Source: a virus (lineage: Duplodnaviria > Caudoviricetes). Taken from it: a stretch of 36,557 nt of DNA. The translations under genes were made by a program, and so were the position numbers. The notes beneath the pieces were generated by a model, which ran no database searches, had not been told where the DNA came from, and was given only the letters and a program-made list of their open reading frames with translations. Location: IMG/VR virus record IMGVR_UViG_3300024060_000003, positions 1-36,557 of that record; one strand, 5' to 3'. This document shows positions 16,942 to 26,372 of the stretch, piece after piece (position 1 is the stretch's first letter; each line of letters begins with the position of its first letter).

Positions 16942-17640
16942 ATGGGTTTAGTTAATATTCAAAACACCAATTTCGAAAACGGAATTACCAACCGCAACGC
17001 TGCGGATCTTTTCGGTTCGATGGGTCAACTTGACCCGACGAAGTTCCATAGCTTTATGGATGACTTCGATCTCTTCACTGCTCCCGGTGGTTACACTGCT
17101 CCGGCAACAGGGTCCGTAGCACCTGCGGATAGTTTGGGAGGTGCTGTTGACATCGTCACGGGCGCAGTAGATACCAACGTCGCCATCATCCAAGCGGAGT
17201 CATTGGGTTATTCCATTGTCGCTTCGCAACGGGTGTACTTCAGGGTGAAGCTGGAGATGGACGATGTCATCGATGCTGATGGCATTTTTGGTCTGAACGA
17301 TGCAGCAGCAAGTATCACTCCAGCAGACGGTATTTTCTTCGAGAAGACTGACGGTGCTGCTCTGGTGGACTTGGTTGTCCGTTCAGGTTCATCGGAAATC
17401 GCGCGAGAGGCTGGCGTCGCCACGCTGGTCGCTGCAACTCAGATTACCTTGGAGTTCTACTGGGATGGCATCGACCGTGTCTACTTCGGTGTAGACGGAG
17501 TAGCAACTGGCTTCCTCGATCTGGCAGGTCTTACACTTCCAGCCGGATTGCTGGCTCCAACAGCAGGTGCTGTGACGGGTAACTCTTCGACAACCACGGT
17601 GACATTGGACTACCTCTTCGCGGCACAAGAGAGGGCATAA
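16942..17640 (+). CDS. putative virion structural protein (beta-sandwich/lectin-like)
   Basis: 232 aa after MCP, FMDDF...LEFYWDG...VYFGVDG...LDY beta pattern. Confidence 0.7.
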   Translation: MGLVNIQNTNFENGITNRNAADLFGSMGQLDPTKFHSFMDDFDLFTAPGGYTAPATGSVAPADSLGGAVDIVTGAVDTNVAIIQAESLGYSIVASQRVYFRVKLEMDDVIDADGIFGLNDAAASITPADGIFFEKTDGAALVDLVVRSGSSEIAREAGVATLVAATQITLEFYWDGIDRVYFGVDGVATGFLDLAGLTLPAGLLAPTAGAVTGNSSTTTVTLDYLFAAQERA

Positions 17641-17642
17641 CC

Positions 17643-18275
17643 ATGAGACCCATTGTTCAAACGCGGCAACTTGCTGCGGCTGATCCGAATGGCATTGCTG
17701 AAGACCAGCAACTGGGAGCGCCGGGAGATCTGGCGCTCGATGGAGTGCTGGTCGATAGTGACGGTGTCGCTCAGCTAGGTGCCCAACGACAAGTAATCTT
17801 TGAGTCGGCGGGCAACATCGCGACTGTGGTGTTTACGATCACGGGTACGAATGATTCTGGTAGTCCGGTCAGTGAGACGGTTACCGGTATCAACGCTAGC
17901 ACCGTAGCGACCGTACAAAGCTTCCGCACTGTGACGCAGATCGCCGCTGATGCATCGTTCGCTTCAGATGTTGAGGTTGGAACGAATGGAGTGGGAGCTT
18001 CCCAACCTGTTCCGCTCGACCAGTACATCTCGCCGTTCAATGTGACGCTAGGACTGGTCATAAGCGGGACGGTGAATGTCACTGTTCAATTCACGTTCGC
18101 TGACGTCTTCAACGACGCACCAGAATCGTGGACATGGGTTGATCATCCTGATCTAACCGCTCAAACAGGAAATGGTGAGGGAATATTTATCTCACCCGTT
18201 TCCGCCTGTAGATTGCTAACCAACTCCGGTGACGGAGAAGCGATCCTGAGGATAGCCCAAGCCGGTCTGACCTAA
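17643..18275 (+). CDS. putative virion structural protein
   Basis: 210 aa, beta-rich (FTITGT...SETVTG...F.TVTQI). Confidence 0.7.
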   Translation: MRPIVQTRQLAAADPNGIAEDQQLGAPGDLALDGVLVDSDGVAQLGAQRQVIFESAGNIATVVFTITGTNDSGSPVSETVTGINASTVATVQSFRTVTQIAADASFASDVEVGTNGVGASQPVPLDQYISPFNVTLGLVISGTVNVTVQFTFADVFNDAPESWTWVDHPDLTAQTGNGEGIFISPVSACRLLTNSGDGEAILRIAQAGLT

Positions 18276-18448
18276 TGGCTGGACCCACTTCCGACAGCGT
18301 GACCGCTTCGGCGGTCACTGCTGCTCTTGTGACCGCATCGTCGGTTACTGGTTCTGTTCCAACTGGTGATGTTCTTCTCATTGATGATGGCGGAGATAAG
18401 CTTCTCATTGAAAACGCCACCACAGACTTTAGATTGCTAGAGGGTTAA
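18275..18448 (+). CDS. small virion protein (57 aa, not in track)
   Basis: TAATG overlap; MAGPTSDSVTASAVTAALVTASSVTG...LLIDDGGDKLLIENATTDFRLLEG. Confidence 0.75.
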   Translation: MAGPTSDSVTASAVTAALVTASSVTGSVPTGDVLLIDDGGDKLLIENATTDFRLLEG

Positions 18449-18451
18449 CAA

Positions 18452-21070
18452 ATGGCCGACTCAACCATTCCCGGTCTCGTTGCTGTCACAGTTCCAGCAC
18501 TTACTGATTTACTTGGTGTGCGCCAGAGCGGAGATGCACGAGACAAGAAATTAACGGTTACGCAGCTTCTTTCTCTATCTCCGAGCGGAGGTGACGTATC
18601 GAAGGTCGGCACACCAGTCGATAATCAAGTTGGCGTCTGGACTGGTGACGGCACTATCGAAGGTACCACCGGGCTCACATACGATGGCATAGCTCTCGAC
18701 ATAGTTGGCAACATCACGCTCGATGGCACTGTCGATGGCATAGACATCGCGACTGACGTACCGGCGAACACAGCCAAGGTTACGAACGCAACGCACACCG
18801 GTCAGGTCACCGGTTCTGGTGCACTGGCACTTGATATCTCAGCGATCACAGATCAGCCTGCTTCCGGAGTTATCATTGCTGCGGACACTATCCTGATTAA
18901 CGATGGTGGGGTCTTGTCCGAAGCCACGTTTACGCAGATGCTCGCGTTCTTCGACGCTAACATCACGATCACAGCGTCACAGGTGTCAGACTTTGATACG
19001 GAAGTATCGAATAATGCTTCGGTCGCTGCAAATACAGCCAAGGTTACGAATGCCACGCACACGGGACAGGTAACTGGCTCCGGAGCACTTGCACTTGATG
19101 TTAGTGCGATCACAGACCAGCCTGCTAGTGGAGCGATTGACGCAGCAGACACTATCCTGATTAACGATGGAGGCGTTCTGTCTGAATCTACGTTCACTCA
19201 GATGATCACGTTCTTCGACGCCAATCTTTCGTTTGGCACAGGCGACGTAAACAAAGTCGGTACTCCGGTTGATAACGAGATTGGAGTGTGGACGGGTGAC
19301 GGTACGATAGAAGGCACCACCGGGCTCACATACGATGGTGCGGATCTCGATGTGACCGGAAACATCACGCTTACAGGCACGGTCGATGGCATCGACATCG
19401 CGACAGATGTCGCAGCCAACACGGCTAAGGTTACGAACGCGACCCATACGGGTGATGTGACTGGATCAGTTGCGCTGACAATCGCAGATGATGCGGTTAC
19501 TTACGCCAAGATGCAGAACGTCGTCGCTGACGATGTCCTTCTAGGTAACATCTCAGGTGCTGGCGGCATCGTAGCTGAGATCACTGGCGCTCAGATCAAC
19601 TTATTTCTGCCGAACTTTACGGATGCACTAGATGGTCTTGTGCCGCTCTCTGGTGGTGGTTCATCTAATTTCTTACGTGCTGACGGAACATGGGTGACAC
19701 CCGCAGGCTCAGGTGACGTAAGCAAAGTTGGCACGCCTGTCGATAACCAGGTTGGTGTGTGGACAGGCGACGGTACCATCGAAGGTACCACGGGGCTCAC
19801 GTACGACGGTGCAGCTTTCGATGTGACCGGTAACATTACTCTTTCCGGCACCGTTGACGGCATCGACATTGCAACGGACGTTGCAGCCAACACCGCAAAA
19901 GTCACAAACGCTACGCATACGGGTCAGGTTACCGGTGCCACGGCTCTTGCTCTCGATGTCACCGCTATCACGGATCAACCGGCTAGTGGTGCGATTGAGG
20001 CAGCGGACACCATCCTCGTCAATGACGGTGGGGTGTTGTCAGAGTCAACGTTCACACAACTGCTTACTTTCTTTGACGCTAACCTTTCGTTTGTGCCTGA
20101 GAGTTTACTTGCGAGCGACGCGGCTGGTCCCGCGATTGTTGACGAGGCCGCAACCGGCGTTAATCCCACACTAATCCCGAACCGGGTTGAACTCGACACG
20201 GGTATCGGTTGGGCAGCATCTGACACCTTGTCCTTCATCATGGGTGGCGCACAAGCGTTCTCTATGAGCACTGCTGGCATGTCAGCGCAGAACGCCACCG
20301 GGCCGAGAGTGCTAAACGAGGCCGCTACAGCCACGAACCCAACGCTTCTTCCTAACAAGAGTGACGCGGATACGGGTATCGGTTGGGCAGTAGCTGACAC
20401 GCTGTCTCTAATTGCTGGTGGCGTTGAGGGTGCTAGGGTAGAAGCTGCTCAGTTCACTATGGTCAACTTCGTGTTTGACAGTGACCAAACTGTAGGAGCA
20501 GGACAGGACAACTTTGTACTGACCTACGACGATGCCAGTGGAGAGATTGGATTAGAAGCTATCCCGGCAGTCTTCCCTGAGTTCCTTTTCATCGCCACTG
20601 ACTTCTCCAATCCGAATAATACGGATTGGGACATCACTGTTCTGGCTCCAGCGGTCGTAGACTCTAATGACAATGCCCTCACTGTCAGGGCGTTCGATGA
20701 TACAACTACAGAAGCGGTAGGCCTGCAATTTAAGCTGCCTTTAGGAAGCACACAACTCACACTACAGTGGGTCAGTCGGGCTGAAACAGCCCCTGGCTCA
20801 CCCGCAGTTGCTAAGCCCTTACTCCGGATACACGATATTCCGGACAATGCAGCGGTTCCCGGTAATCCCTGGACATCACTTACTTTGGACGATACAGATA
20901 TTCCGACAAACGAGTTTTTCCAGTACGATTCGCAGACGATTACATACTCTACCTTGAGTCTAACGGCTGGTGAATACGTGCAGATGCAATTTGCTAGGGA
21001 ACCCGGTCATGCGAATGATGACTTAGTGGGTGATTGGAACGTATTTAGTCTTCTGGTGAGCTTCTCGTAG
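18452..21070 (+). CDS. long repeat-containing fibre protein (head or tail fibre)
   Basis: 872 aa, T/G/D/A-rich with modular internal repeats. Confidence 0.8.
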   Translation: MADSTIPGLVAVTVPALTDLLGVRQSGDARDKKLTVTQLLSLSPSGGDVSKVGTPVDNQVGVWTGDGTIEGTTGLTYDGIALDIVGNITLDGTVDGIDIATDVPANTAKVTNATHTGQVTGSGALALDISAITDQPASGVIIAADTILINDGGVLSEATFTQMLAFFDANITITASQVSDFDTEVSNNASVAANTAKVTNATHTGQVTGSGALALDVSAITDQPASGAIDAADTILINDGGVLSESTFTQMITFFDANLSFGTGDVNKVGTPVDNEIGVWTGDGTIEGTTGLTYDGADLDVTGNITLTGTVDGIDIATDVAANTAKVTNATHTGDVTGSVALTIADDAVTYAKMQNVVADDVLLGNISGAGGIVAEITGAQINLFLPNFTDALDGLVPLSGGGSSNFLRADGTWVTPAGSGDVSKVGTPVDNQVGVWTGDGTIEGTTGLTYDGAAFDVTGNITLSGTVDGIDIATDVAANTAKVTNATHTGQVTGATALALDVTAITDQPASGAIEAADTILVNDGGVLSESTFTQLLTFFDANLSFVPESLLASDAAGPAIVDEAATGVNPTLIPNRVELDTGIGWAASDTLSFIMGGAQAFSMSTAGMSAQNATGPRVLNEAATATNPTLLPNKSDADTGIGWAVADTLSLIAGGVEGARVEAAQFTMVNFVFDSDQTVGAGQDNFVLTYDDASGEIGLEAIPAVFPEFLFIATDFSNPNNTDWDITVLAPAVVDSNDNALTVRAFDDTTTEAVGLQFKLPLGSTQLTLQWVSRAETAPGSPAVAKPLLRIHDIPDNAAVPGNPWTSLTLDDTDIPTNEFFQYDSQTITYSTLSLTAGEYVQMQFAREPGHANDDLVGDWNVFSLLVSFS
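18590..20440 (+). repeat. intragenic modular repeats of fibre gene
   Basis: GDV.KVGTPVDN..GVWTGDGTIEGTTGLTYDG at 18590, 19241 and 19712; ANTAKVTNATHTG x4; GP....EAAT..NPTL.PN....DTGIGWA..DTLS x2. Confidence 0.9.
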
Positions 21071-21774
21071 TGGCAATAGAAAGCCGCAAGAGCAGAAGCA
21101 ACGGCATCGCGTATGACGATGCGGGGAATGTCTTTGCTATTCAGCCGATGTCTGCGATGGGGTGGCTGCGTTTCTATACGGGGGGTGGAAATCCTAGTAC
21201 AGCAGGGCACATCATCAACCTCTGGGGTGCTGCCGGTGAGCGTTCTTGGGTTCTTGGGACAACTGCTAGTCCGTTGGAGTATTTTGCCAGTATCTCGAAG
21301 AATGGTACTGACATATTCACCACGAATAGCAGCGTCACAATCGGTACGAATGTATTTAATCACGTGGGGATGGATTGGGACGGTGTTGATCTTCGAGTTT
21401 ACTTGAATGGAGTGCTGGATGCTGAATCTGATCAAACCGGAACTATTCACGTGCCGACTCAGGACCTTGGTATTGGCAATAACGGTGATGGTTCTGGTTC
21501 TGGTGCTGACGTATGCGATGTGCACATCGAAGATGTTCGGGTTTACGACAGAATTTTAACTGCCGCAGAATGGCTAACGATCTTCAACTCTATGGGGAAT
21601 GATGGCATTGTCGAAGGTTTGTTATTCCGAATGACCGGCAATGATAGAAGGCAGGGAGTAGTCGTAACCACCAAAAACCCCCTTGATGTAGGACCGAATA
21701 ATGTTGCTATGGCTTCCTCATTCGGCTCCCCGGTATCTAGCTATTTTGTGGGAACTGGCTTCGGCTTCAAATAA
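21070..21774 (+). CDS. LamG/concanavalin A-like lectin domain protein
   Basis: FNHVGMDWDG..LRVYLNG...LGIG...IEDVRVYDRILT..E is the LamG-like signature. Confidence 0.85.
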   Translation: MAIESRKSRSNGIAYDDAGNVFAIQPMSAMGWLRFYTGGGNPSTAGHIINLWGAAGERSWVLGTTASPLEYFASISKNGTDIFTTNSSVTIGTNVFNHVGMDWDGVDLRVYLNGVLDAESDQTGTIHVPTQDLGIGNNGDGSGSGADVCDVHIEDVRVYDRILTAAEWLTIFNSMGNDGIVEGLLFRMTGNDRRQGVVVTTKNPLDVGPNNVAMASSFGSPVSSYFVGTGFGFK

Positions 21775-21783
21775 GGAACGAAC

Positions 21784-22173
21784 ATGGCAAGTGTATTTAA
21801 TAGAACCGATGGTCGGTTTCTTCCGTCAGTGCACACACCCGATTTTGACGTAGCTGATTGGATTATCAATCCTGATCTTTCAGCGGTTGCAAATCAACCG
21901 TCAAGGTATTGGATTATTGACCCACCGGCTAGCGACACTATCCGTCTTGCGACAGCGGGTGAACAAACAACGATTGATGACGATATTGCTGCGGCTAGGG
22001 AAACTGCCGAAAAGGAGGCTGCGAAAACTCAGGTTGATGTTGAGCGGGTCGTGAGAGCTTTGGTTGATATGCTCCCCGGCGAATTCAACATCCTTCGTGC
22101 TTTTCACGCACTCCCTGATCGCACCGCTGACCAGTTAAGGGCAGCACTTAAAGCGAACATTGACGCTCAATAG
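21784..22173 (+). CDS. hypothetical protein, possible fibre assembly factor
   Basis: 129 aa following fibre and lectin genes; SD AAGGA. Confidence 0.7.
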   Translation: MASVFNRTDGRFLPSVHTPDFDVADWIINPDLSAVANQPSRYWIIDPPASDTIRLATAGEQTTIDDDIAAARETAEKEAAKTQVDVERVVRALVDMLPGEFNILRAFHALPDRTADQLRAALKANIDAQ

Positions 22174-22175
22174 AT

Positions 22176-22460
22176 ATGAGTTACACAGATGCAGAGTGGG
22201 AAAACGTCATGTCATTCCTCAACACGGAAGCGGAGAGGCCTCCGCCGAACGGTATTGGAAAACTGATCGAGACCCCCGAAGAATTCGTAGAGATGCTTCA
22301 CACGGCGGAGGCTATCAAGCCTGTCATCGTGGGAGCCCAAGCGGCGAGAGACCGAAGGGAATTCGGTGAATTGCAAAAACGGAAGGCGAACTTAAACCGG
22401 TCGGTGATTGAAACACAAAAGCTGATTGATACTCACCCCGGCAATCCGAATAGACCATAG
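22176..22460 (+). CDS. hypothetical protein
   Basis: 94 aa ORF in the gene run. Confidence 0.7.
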   Translation: MSYTDAEWENVMSFLNTEAERPPPNGIGKLIETPEEFVEMLHTAEAIKPVIVGAQAARDRREFGELQKRKANLNRSVIETQKLIDTHPGNPNRP

Positions 22461-22469
22461 GAGACGATC

Positions 22470-23207
22470 ATGACTAAGAACGTTGGACTGACATATGTGA
22501 AGGAATTCACATTCCCAGCGGAGCAAGGCTTCACCGGTTCCGCTTCTTCAGCGGGCGTACACCAAGTTAAGGGTTACCAACGTGGTGGACGTGTGAGGAA
22601 GATGGCTGAAGGTGGCAAATTCGGCAAGCCCGGTGACAAGTACCCGACGCTGAAGTCTGGACCTGCGGGTGCAAGGTCGGCGATGCCGAAGAACGTCAAG
22701 AGGCACGGTGGCCCGGTGAAGAAGCAGATGGGCGGCTACATGGGACCGGAGCGTGAGATCCAAGTCGATGACGTGAAGATCACGACACCTAGAGCCCATG
22801 GTGGCTCCGTGCACGACAGGCTCCGGCATGAAGGCGCGAAGATGGGTTACGCCTATGGTGGTCAGGTGAAAGAGAGTGACACCTCCGGCGAGTTCAAGAT
22901 GACGAAGGGCAAGCAGGCCACCATGGACACGGGTGTTCAGCCCGCACGCAAGGGTCGCAATCAGCAAGAGATCGAAGCTGGCGGCACCAAGCGACTGAAA
23001 CCTGGGTACAACAAAGGTGGTGGTGTCCACAGCGTGCGGCGGCTGCATAAAGTAATAGCAGCGGACATGCGACGTGCGTTGAAGGGAATTAGCGGAAAGA
23101 TATCTAAGGAAGATCGTGCGGCTGCGCGTCGGGTAGCTGCAGGAAAAGGGATGCCCAAGGGTGTGAAGGCCAGAGGTGGACTCGCGAGATACGCAAGAGG
23201 CAGTTAA
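22470..23207 (+). CDS. basic low-complexity protein with repeated xxxGG motifs
   Basis: SD AGGAG; YQRGG, MAEGG, KRHGG, KQMGG, RAHGG, YAYGG, YNKGG, KARGG. Confidence 0.85.
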   Translation: MTKNVGLTYVKEFTFPAEQGFTGSASSAGVHQVKGYQRGGRVRKMAEGGKFGKPGDKYPTLKSGPAGARSAMPKNVKRHGGPVKKQMGGYMGPEREIQVDDVKITTPRAHGGSVHDRLRHEGAKMGYAYGGQVKESDTSGEFKMTKGKQATMDTGVQPARKGRNQQEIEAGGTKRLKPGYNKGGGVHSVRRLHKVIAADMRRALKGISGKISKEDRAAARRVAAGKGMPKGVKARGGLARYARGS

Positions 23208-24284
23208 ATGGCTACGTCAGGAACAGTCGGTAGCACGATCTTCTTGAATCAGCAGATCATTGATCATGCGTTTCGTCGCTGCAAAATGGTCGAGCAGGAG
23301 ATCACGGGCGAGCACATTACGATTGCTCTCGACCTGCTATGGCTGTACACCCAGACGCTCGTAAATAGAGGCATCAAGTTGTGGAACGTCATTCCGATCT
23401 TGCTGCCGATCTACGAGCGTCAGGTGACGGTGCCTTGTCCTCTCGGTACCGTGGACACGTACACCATCAATTTGCGTAACCAGCAAGTGCTTGGAGGGAC
23501 AGCGACTGCGTCGGAGGGTGTTGCAGACAACGCATTCGATAGGGATCTGACCACTGCGTGCATTCAAGTGTCGATGGCAGGTTCGATCACTCTGCTAATA
23601 CCGAGCGCTACTTATGTGTCCACTTTCGGCATCTTGCCCAACGTAACTGAGTCCTGGGACTACGTGATCGAGGGATCGAACGATAACTTCGTGGCGGAGA
23701 CGGTGGTTCTTCTTACCCGGACAGCTCAAGCAGTGGTTGCAAATCAGTGGCTCTGGGTTGACGTCCAAGGACCGTTCGCGACAGGTGTCATAGAGTTCAC
23801 TTCGTATCGGCTGCGAGCGACAGGTACTACGGTGCTTAATGTAATTGAGTTGGAGTTTCAGCACACACCTAACGAGATTCCGATGTACAAGCTCAATCGG
23901 AACGATTACGCAAACCTCCCCGACAAAGTGAGCACTGGCAGACCGACGCAGTTCTGGTATGACAAAACACGCACGCAACCGGAGATCGAGCTTTGGCCCA
24001 GCCCTGGAGCAGAGTTCACGTTCGGGCAGATTACAGGCTTCGTGCAACGTCAGATGCAAGACGTAGGTGCGATGACGGACGAGCTGGAAGTTCCGGATCG
24101 CTGGTACCTTGCCATCGTGTGCAATCTGGCAGCACAGCTGGGCAGAGAAATTAAAGAGGTGGACGAGGTCATCATTCCTCGCTTGGACCTCGATGCAAAA
24201 ACTTATATAGACGACGCATGGACCGGAGAGACTGATGAGTCTGAAGTGTACTTGCGTCCCAACATCGCACCATACACGAGGTAG
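23208..24284 (+). CDS. putative head-tail adaptor/neck protein with inserted galactose-binding-like domain
   Basis: MATSGT...II..AFRR, NRGI.LW, LNR.DY.NLP.K...GRP.QFW, LWP.P, VP.RW..A. Confidence 0.7.
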   Translation: MATSGTVGSTIFLNQQIIDHAFRRCKMVEQEITGEHITIALDLLWLYTQTLVNRGIKLWNVIPILLPIYERQVTVPCPLGTVDTYTINLRNQQVLGGTATASEGVADNAFDRDLTTACIQVSMAGSITLLIPSATYVSTFGILPNVTESWDYVIEGSNDNFVAETVVLLTRTAQAVVANQWLWVDVQGPFATGVIEFTSYRLRATGTTVLNVIELEFQHTPNEIPMYKLNRNDYANLPDKVSTGRPTQFWYDKTRTQPEIELWPSPGAEFTFGQITGFVQRQMQDVGAMTDELEVPDRWYLAIVCNLAAQLGREIKEVDEVIIPRLDLDAKTYIDDAWTGETDESEVYLRPNIAPYTR

Positions 24285-24286
24285 TC

Positions 24287-24649
24287 ATGCCTATCTTTTT
24301 AGACCCGACTGGGAGATCAACTTACGGCATTGGGATCTGTGCTCGATGTAGTTGCAAGTTTTTCCTGGAGGATTTGTTTTCGGATCCGAACAGTCCCGGT
24401 CTGAAGGTGTGCATTGATGATCTCGACGATTACGATCCCTATCGTCTGGCTCCACGTCAGGCAGATCGAATTACGTTGCCATTCTATCGACCGGATGAGG
24501 ATCTGACGGCAGGGGGACCGAACCCGAACGACAACTTCTTGGGAGGCATTCGAGAAGCTCCTGGCTCGAGCCCGCGTGAAACAGAAGATGGGAGATTACG
24601 TGTGCTTGAGGATGCAACCGTGAACCAGAATGAGATAGAGGACGACTAA
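24287..24649 (+). CDS. small virion-associated protein with CxxC motif
   Basis: GICARC..KF....L..DPN.PGLKVC...RPD. Confidence 0.75.
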   Translation: MPIFLDPTGRSTYGIGICARCSCKFFLEDLFSDPNSPGLKVCIDDLDDYDPYRLAPRQADRITLPFYRPDEDLTAGGPNPNDNFLGGIREAPGSSPRETEDGRLRVLEDATVNQNEIEDD

Positions 24650-25680
24650 TGCCTAACATCAAAATTTCAGATTTGCCTCCAGTCATGTTGCCTCTCGATC
24701 TCCCGAATTCGTTCTTCGAGGTGCAGATAACCGAGGCGGGCTTAGATGTCAGCCGCAAGATTTCAGCTGACGACCTCGGTGTTGGAGGCGGAGTCATATC
24801 CGTTAACTCCGGCGTCAACATCACCATAGACAACACCGACCCGATCAACCCTATCGTTAATCTCGACGCAGCCATCACTGGCGTAAGCGTCAATGGAGTG
24901 ACGCTCGATGCTACGGGTGTTTCGACCAACTTCCTCGACGAAACTGGAAACTACTCGGTGCCTCCGGTAGGTGGGGGTGGTGTAACCGTCGAAGATGAAG
25001 GTACTCCGCTTGCCACCATAGCTGACACGTTGGATTTTGTCGGAGCAGGTGTTACAGCAACAGGAGTCGGTGGTACTAAGACAATCACTATTCCCGGTGG
25101 AGGTGGTGGCACCCCGGCTGGCAATGATGAAGAGATTCAGTTCAATAACTCAGGTGCGTTCGGTGCAGATCCTCATCTCAAGTGGGATGGAACTCAGGAT
25201 TCGCTACAAATTGATGCCCGTGATGCTAGCGCTTTCGACGGAGCGATTGAAGTTTCAAGAATTCAAGAGGGAGCAATCGCGCTTAAAATCCAGAGCATCA
25301 ATGGCAATACAACCTTCCACGATATCTGGCGTAGCTTCAACTCCGGTGGTGAGACTTCTTGGAGGTTGGTAGACGATCACACTGCGGCTACCGCTGCCGA
25401 ACTCTTATTTTGGGAGGACGACTTCGGGGAAATATTCATAGAGTTTGAGCGGGTTGGCTTAATTAGATTCGGAGGACACGTTGGCAATGAGAAAATGTTC
25501 CTCGACTTTGCTAACGAGGTCGTAGCGATCAGAAATGGCGCGACTCTTTACATCGAGGAACTGGCAGCAGCCAATCCGGAGGTTGCTAACCATGGTCAGC
25601 TATGGGTGCGCGATGATACCCCCAATGTACTCATGTTTACCGATGATGCGGGCACCGATCACGTGATCGCTTTTGTGTAA
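24649..25680 (+). CDS. fibre/spike-like protein
   Basis: MPNIKISDLP N-terminus, V.SVN.G, V.DEG...TLDFVGAGVTA, G....IQFNN.G.F modules common in phage fibres. Confidence 0.75.
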   Translation: MPNIKISDLPPVMLPLDLPNSFFEVQITEAGLDVSRKISADDLGVGGGVISVNSGVNITIDNTDPINPIVNLDAAITGVSVNGVTLDATGVSTNFLDETGNYSVPPVGGGGVTVEDEGTPLATIADTLDFVGAGVTATGVGGTKTITIPGGGGGTPAGNDEEIQFNNSGAFGADPHLKWDGTQDSLQIDARDASAFDGAIEVSRIQEGAIALKIQSINGNTTFHDIWRSFNSGGETSWRLVDDHTAATAAELLFWEDDFGEIFIEFERVGLIRFGGHVGNEKMFLDFANEVVAIRNGATLYIEELAAANPEVANHGQLWVRDDTPNVLMFTDDAGTDHVIAFV

Positions 25681-25704
25681 CTACTACTTAAAGGAAAATT
25701 AAAA

Positions 25705-26004
25705 ATGGCAAAGCAAGAAGTAACAGCAGTTCAAGTTCAGATGGCAGCAGCCGCAGGTGTAAAACTGTTGGCTGTCGATGATCTACCGGTGCCGCTATCA
25801 GTGGCAAAGTCTGGTGCACTGGGCATCCTCGAAGGAATGTTGCAGGCAATCGCAAGCGGTGAAGTTGTGCTGGGGCCAGCCCCTGTAGCGGTACCTGAGA
25901 AAAAGGCAGGTTCCACTCCCGATGCTGATCCTCCGAAAGGAGACCAGCAACCACCGAAAAAAGATGGTAACAGCGACGACAAAAAACCTGCAGCCTCAGC
26001 TTAA
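25705..26004 (+). CDS. hypothetical protein
   Basis: SD AAGGA, 99 aa, disordered C-terminus. Confidence 0.75.
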   Translation: MAKQEVTAVQVQMAAAAGVKLLAVDDLPVPLSVAKSGALGILEGMLQAIASGEVVLGPAPVAVPEKKAGSTPDADPPKGDQQPPKKDGNSDDKKPAASA

Positions 26005-26027
26005 CGATAGGCACAGGAGTAAACGAC

Positions 26028-26372
26028 ATGGCCGCGAGAGAAATTTCAGTAAGTACTCTCTTTAGCACGATTGCATCTCTCGCGGTCGTGCTCCCCACTT
26101 TGTGGTTCTTCGGCAAGCCGCTAATCTCGGAGTCGTTGGCAGAAGACTTCAAACAGATTGCACAGGAGCAGTCGCGGCCTATCAGGTCTGCGTTCTCTGT
26201 GTTACTGACGCGAGACATTAATTATTTGCGTAAACAGATTACGGCATTGGAGTTTGTACGAGACAATCCTCCAGCTGATGATTGGACTGCAGACGATGCA
26301 GAATACTTAACGGAGCTGGACATAGAACTTGAGGCGTTGAGTGACGCCCGAGAGGAATTGAAACCTGAATGA
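26028..26372 (+). CDS. single-TM membrane protein in lysis cassette
   Basis: N-terminal TM STLFSTIASLAVVLPTLWFFG, directly upstream of endolysin. Confidence 0.7.
   Translation: MAAREISVSTLFSTIASLAVVLPTLWFFGKPLISESLAEDFKQIAQEQSRPIRSAFSVLLTRDINYLRKQITALEFVRDNPPADDWTADDAEYLTELDIELEALSDAREELKPE

Noticed and set aside
18590-20440. Possible diversity-generating retroelement TR/VR pair or CRISPR array among the repeats
   Set aside because: The repeats are in-frame coding modules with mainly synonymous, not adenine-specific, differences. There is no reverse transcriptase, no cas gene and no repeat-spacer periodicity.
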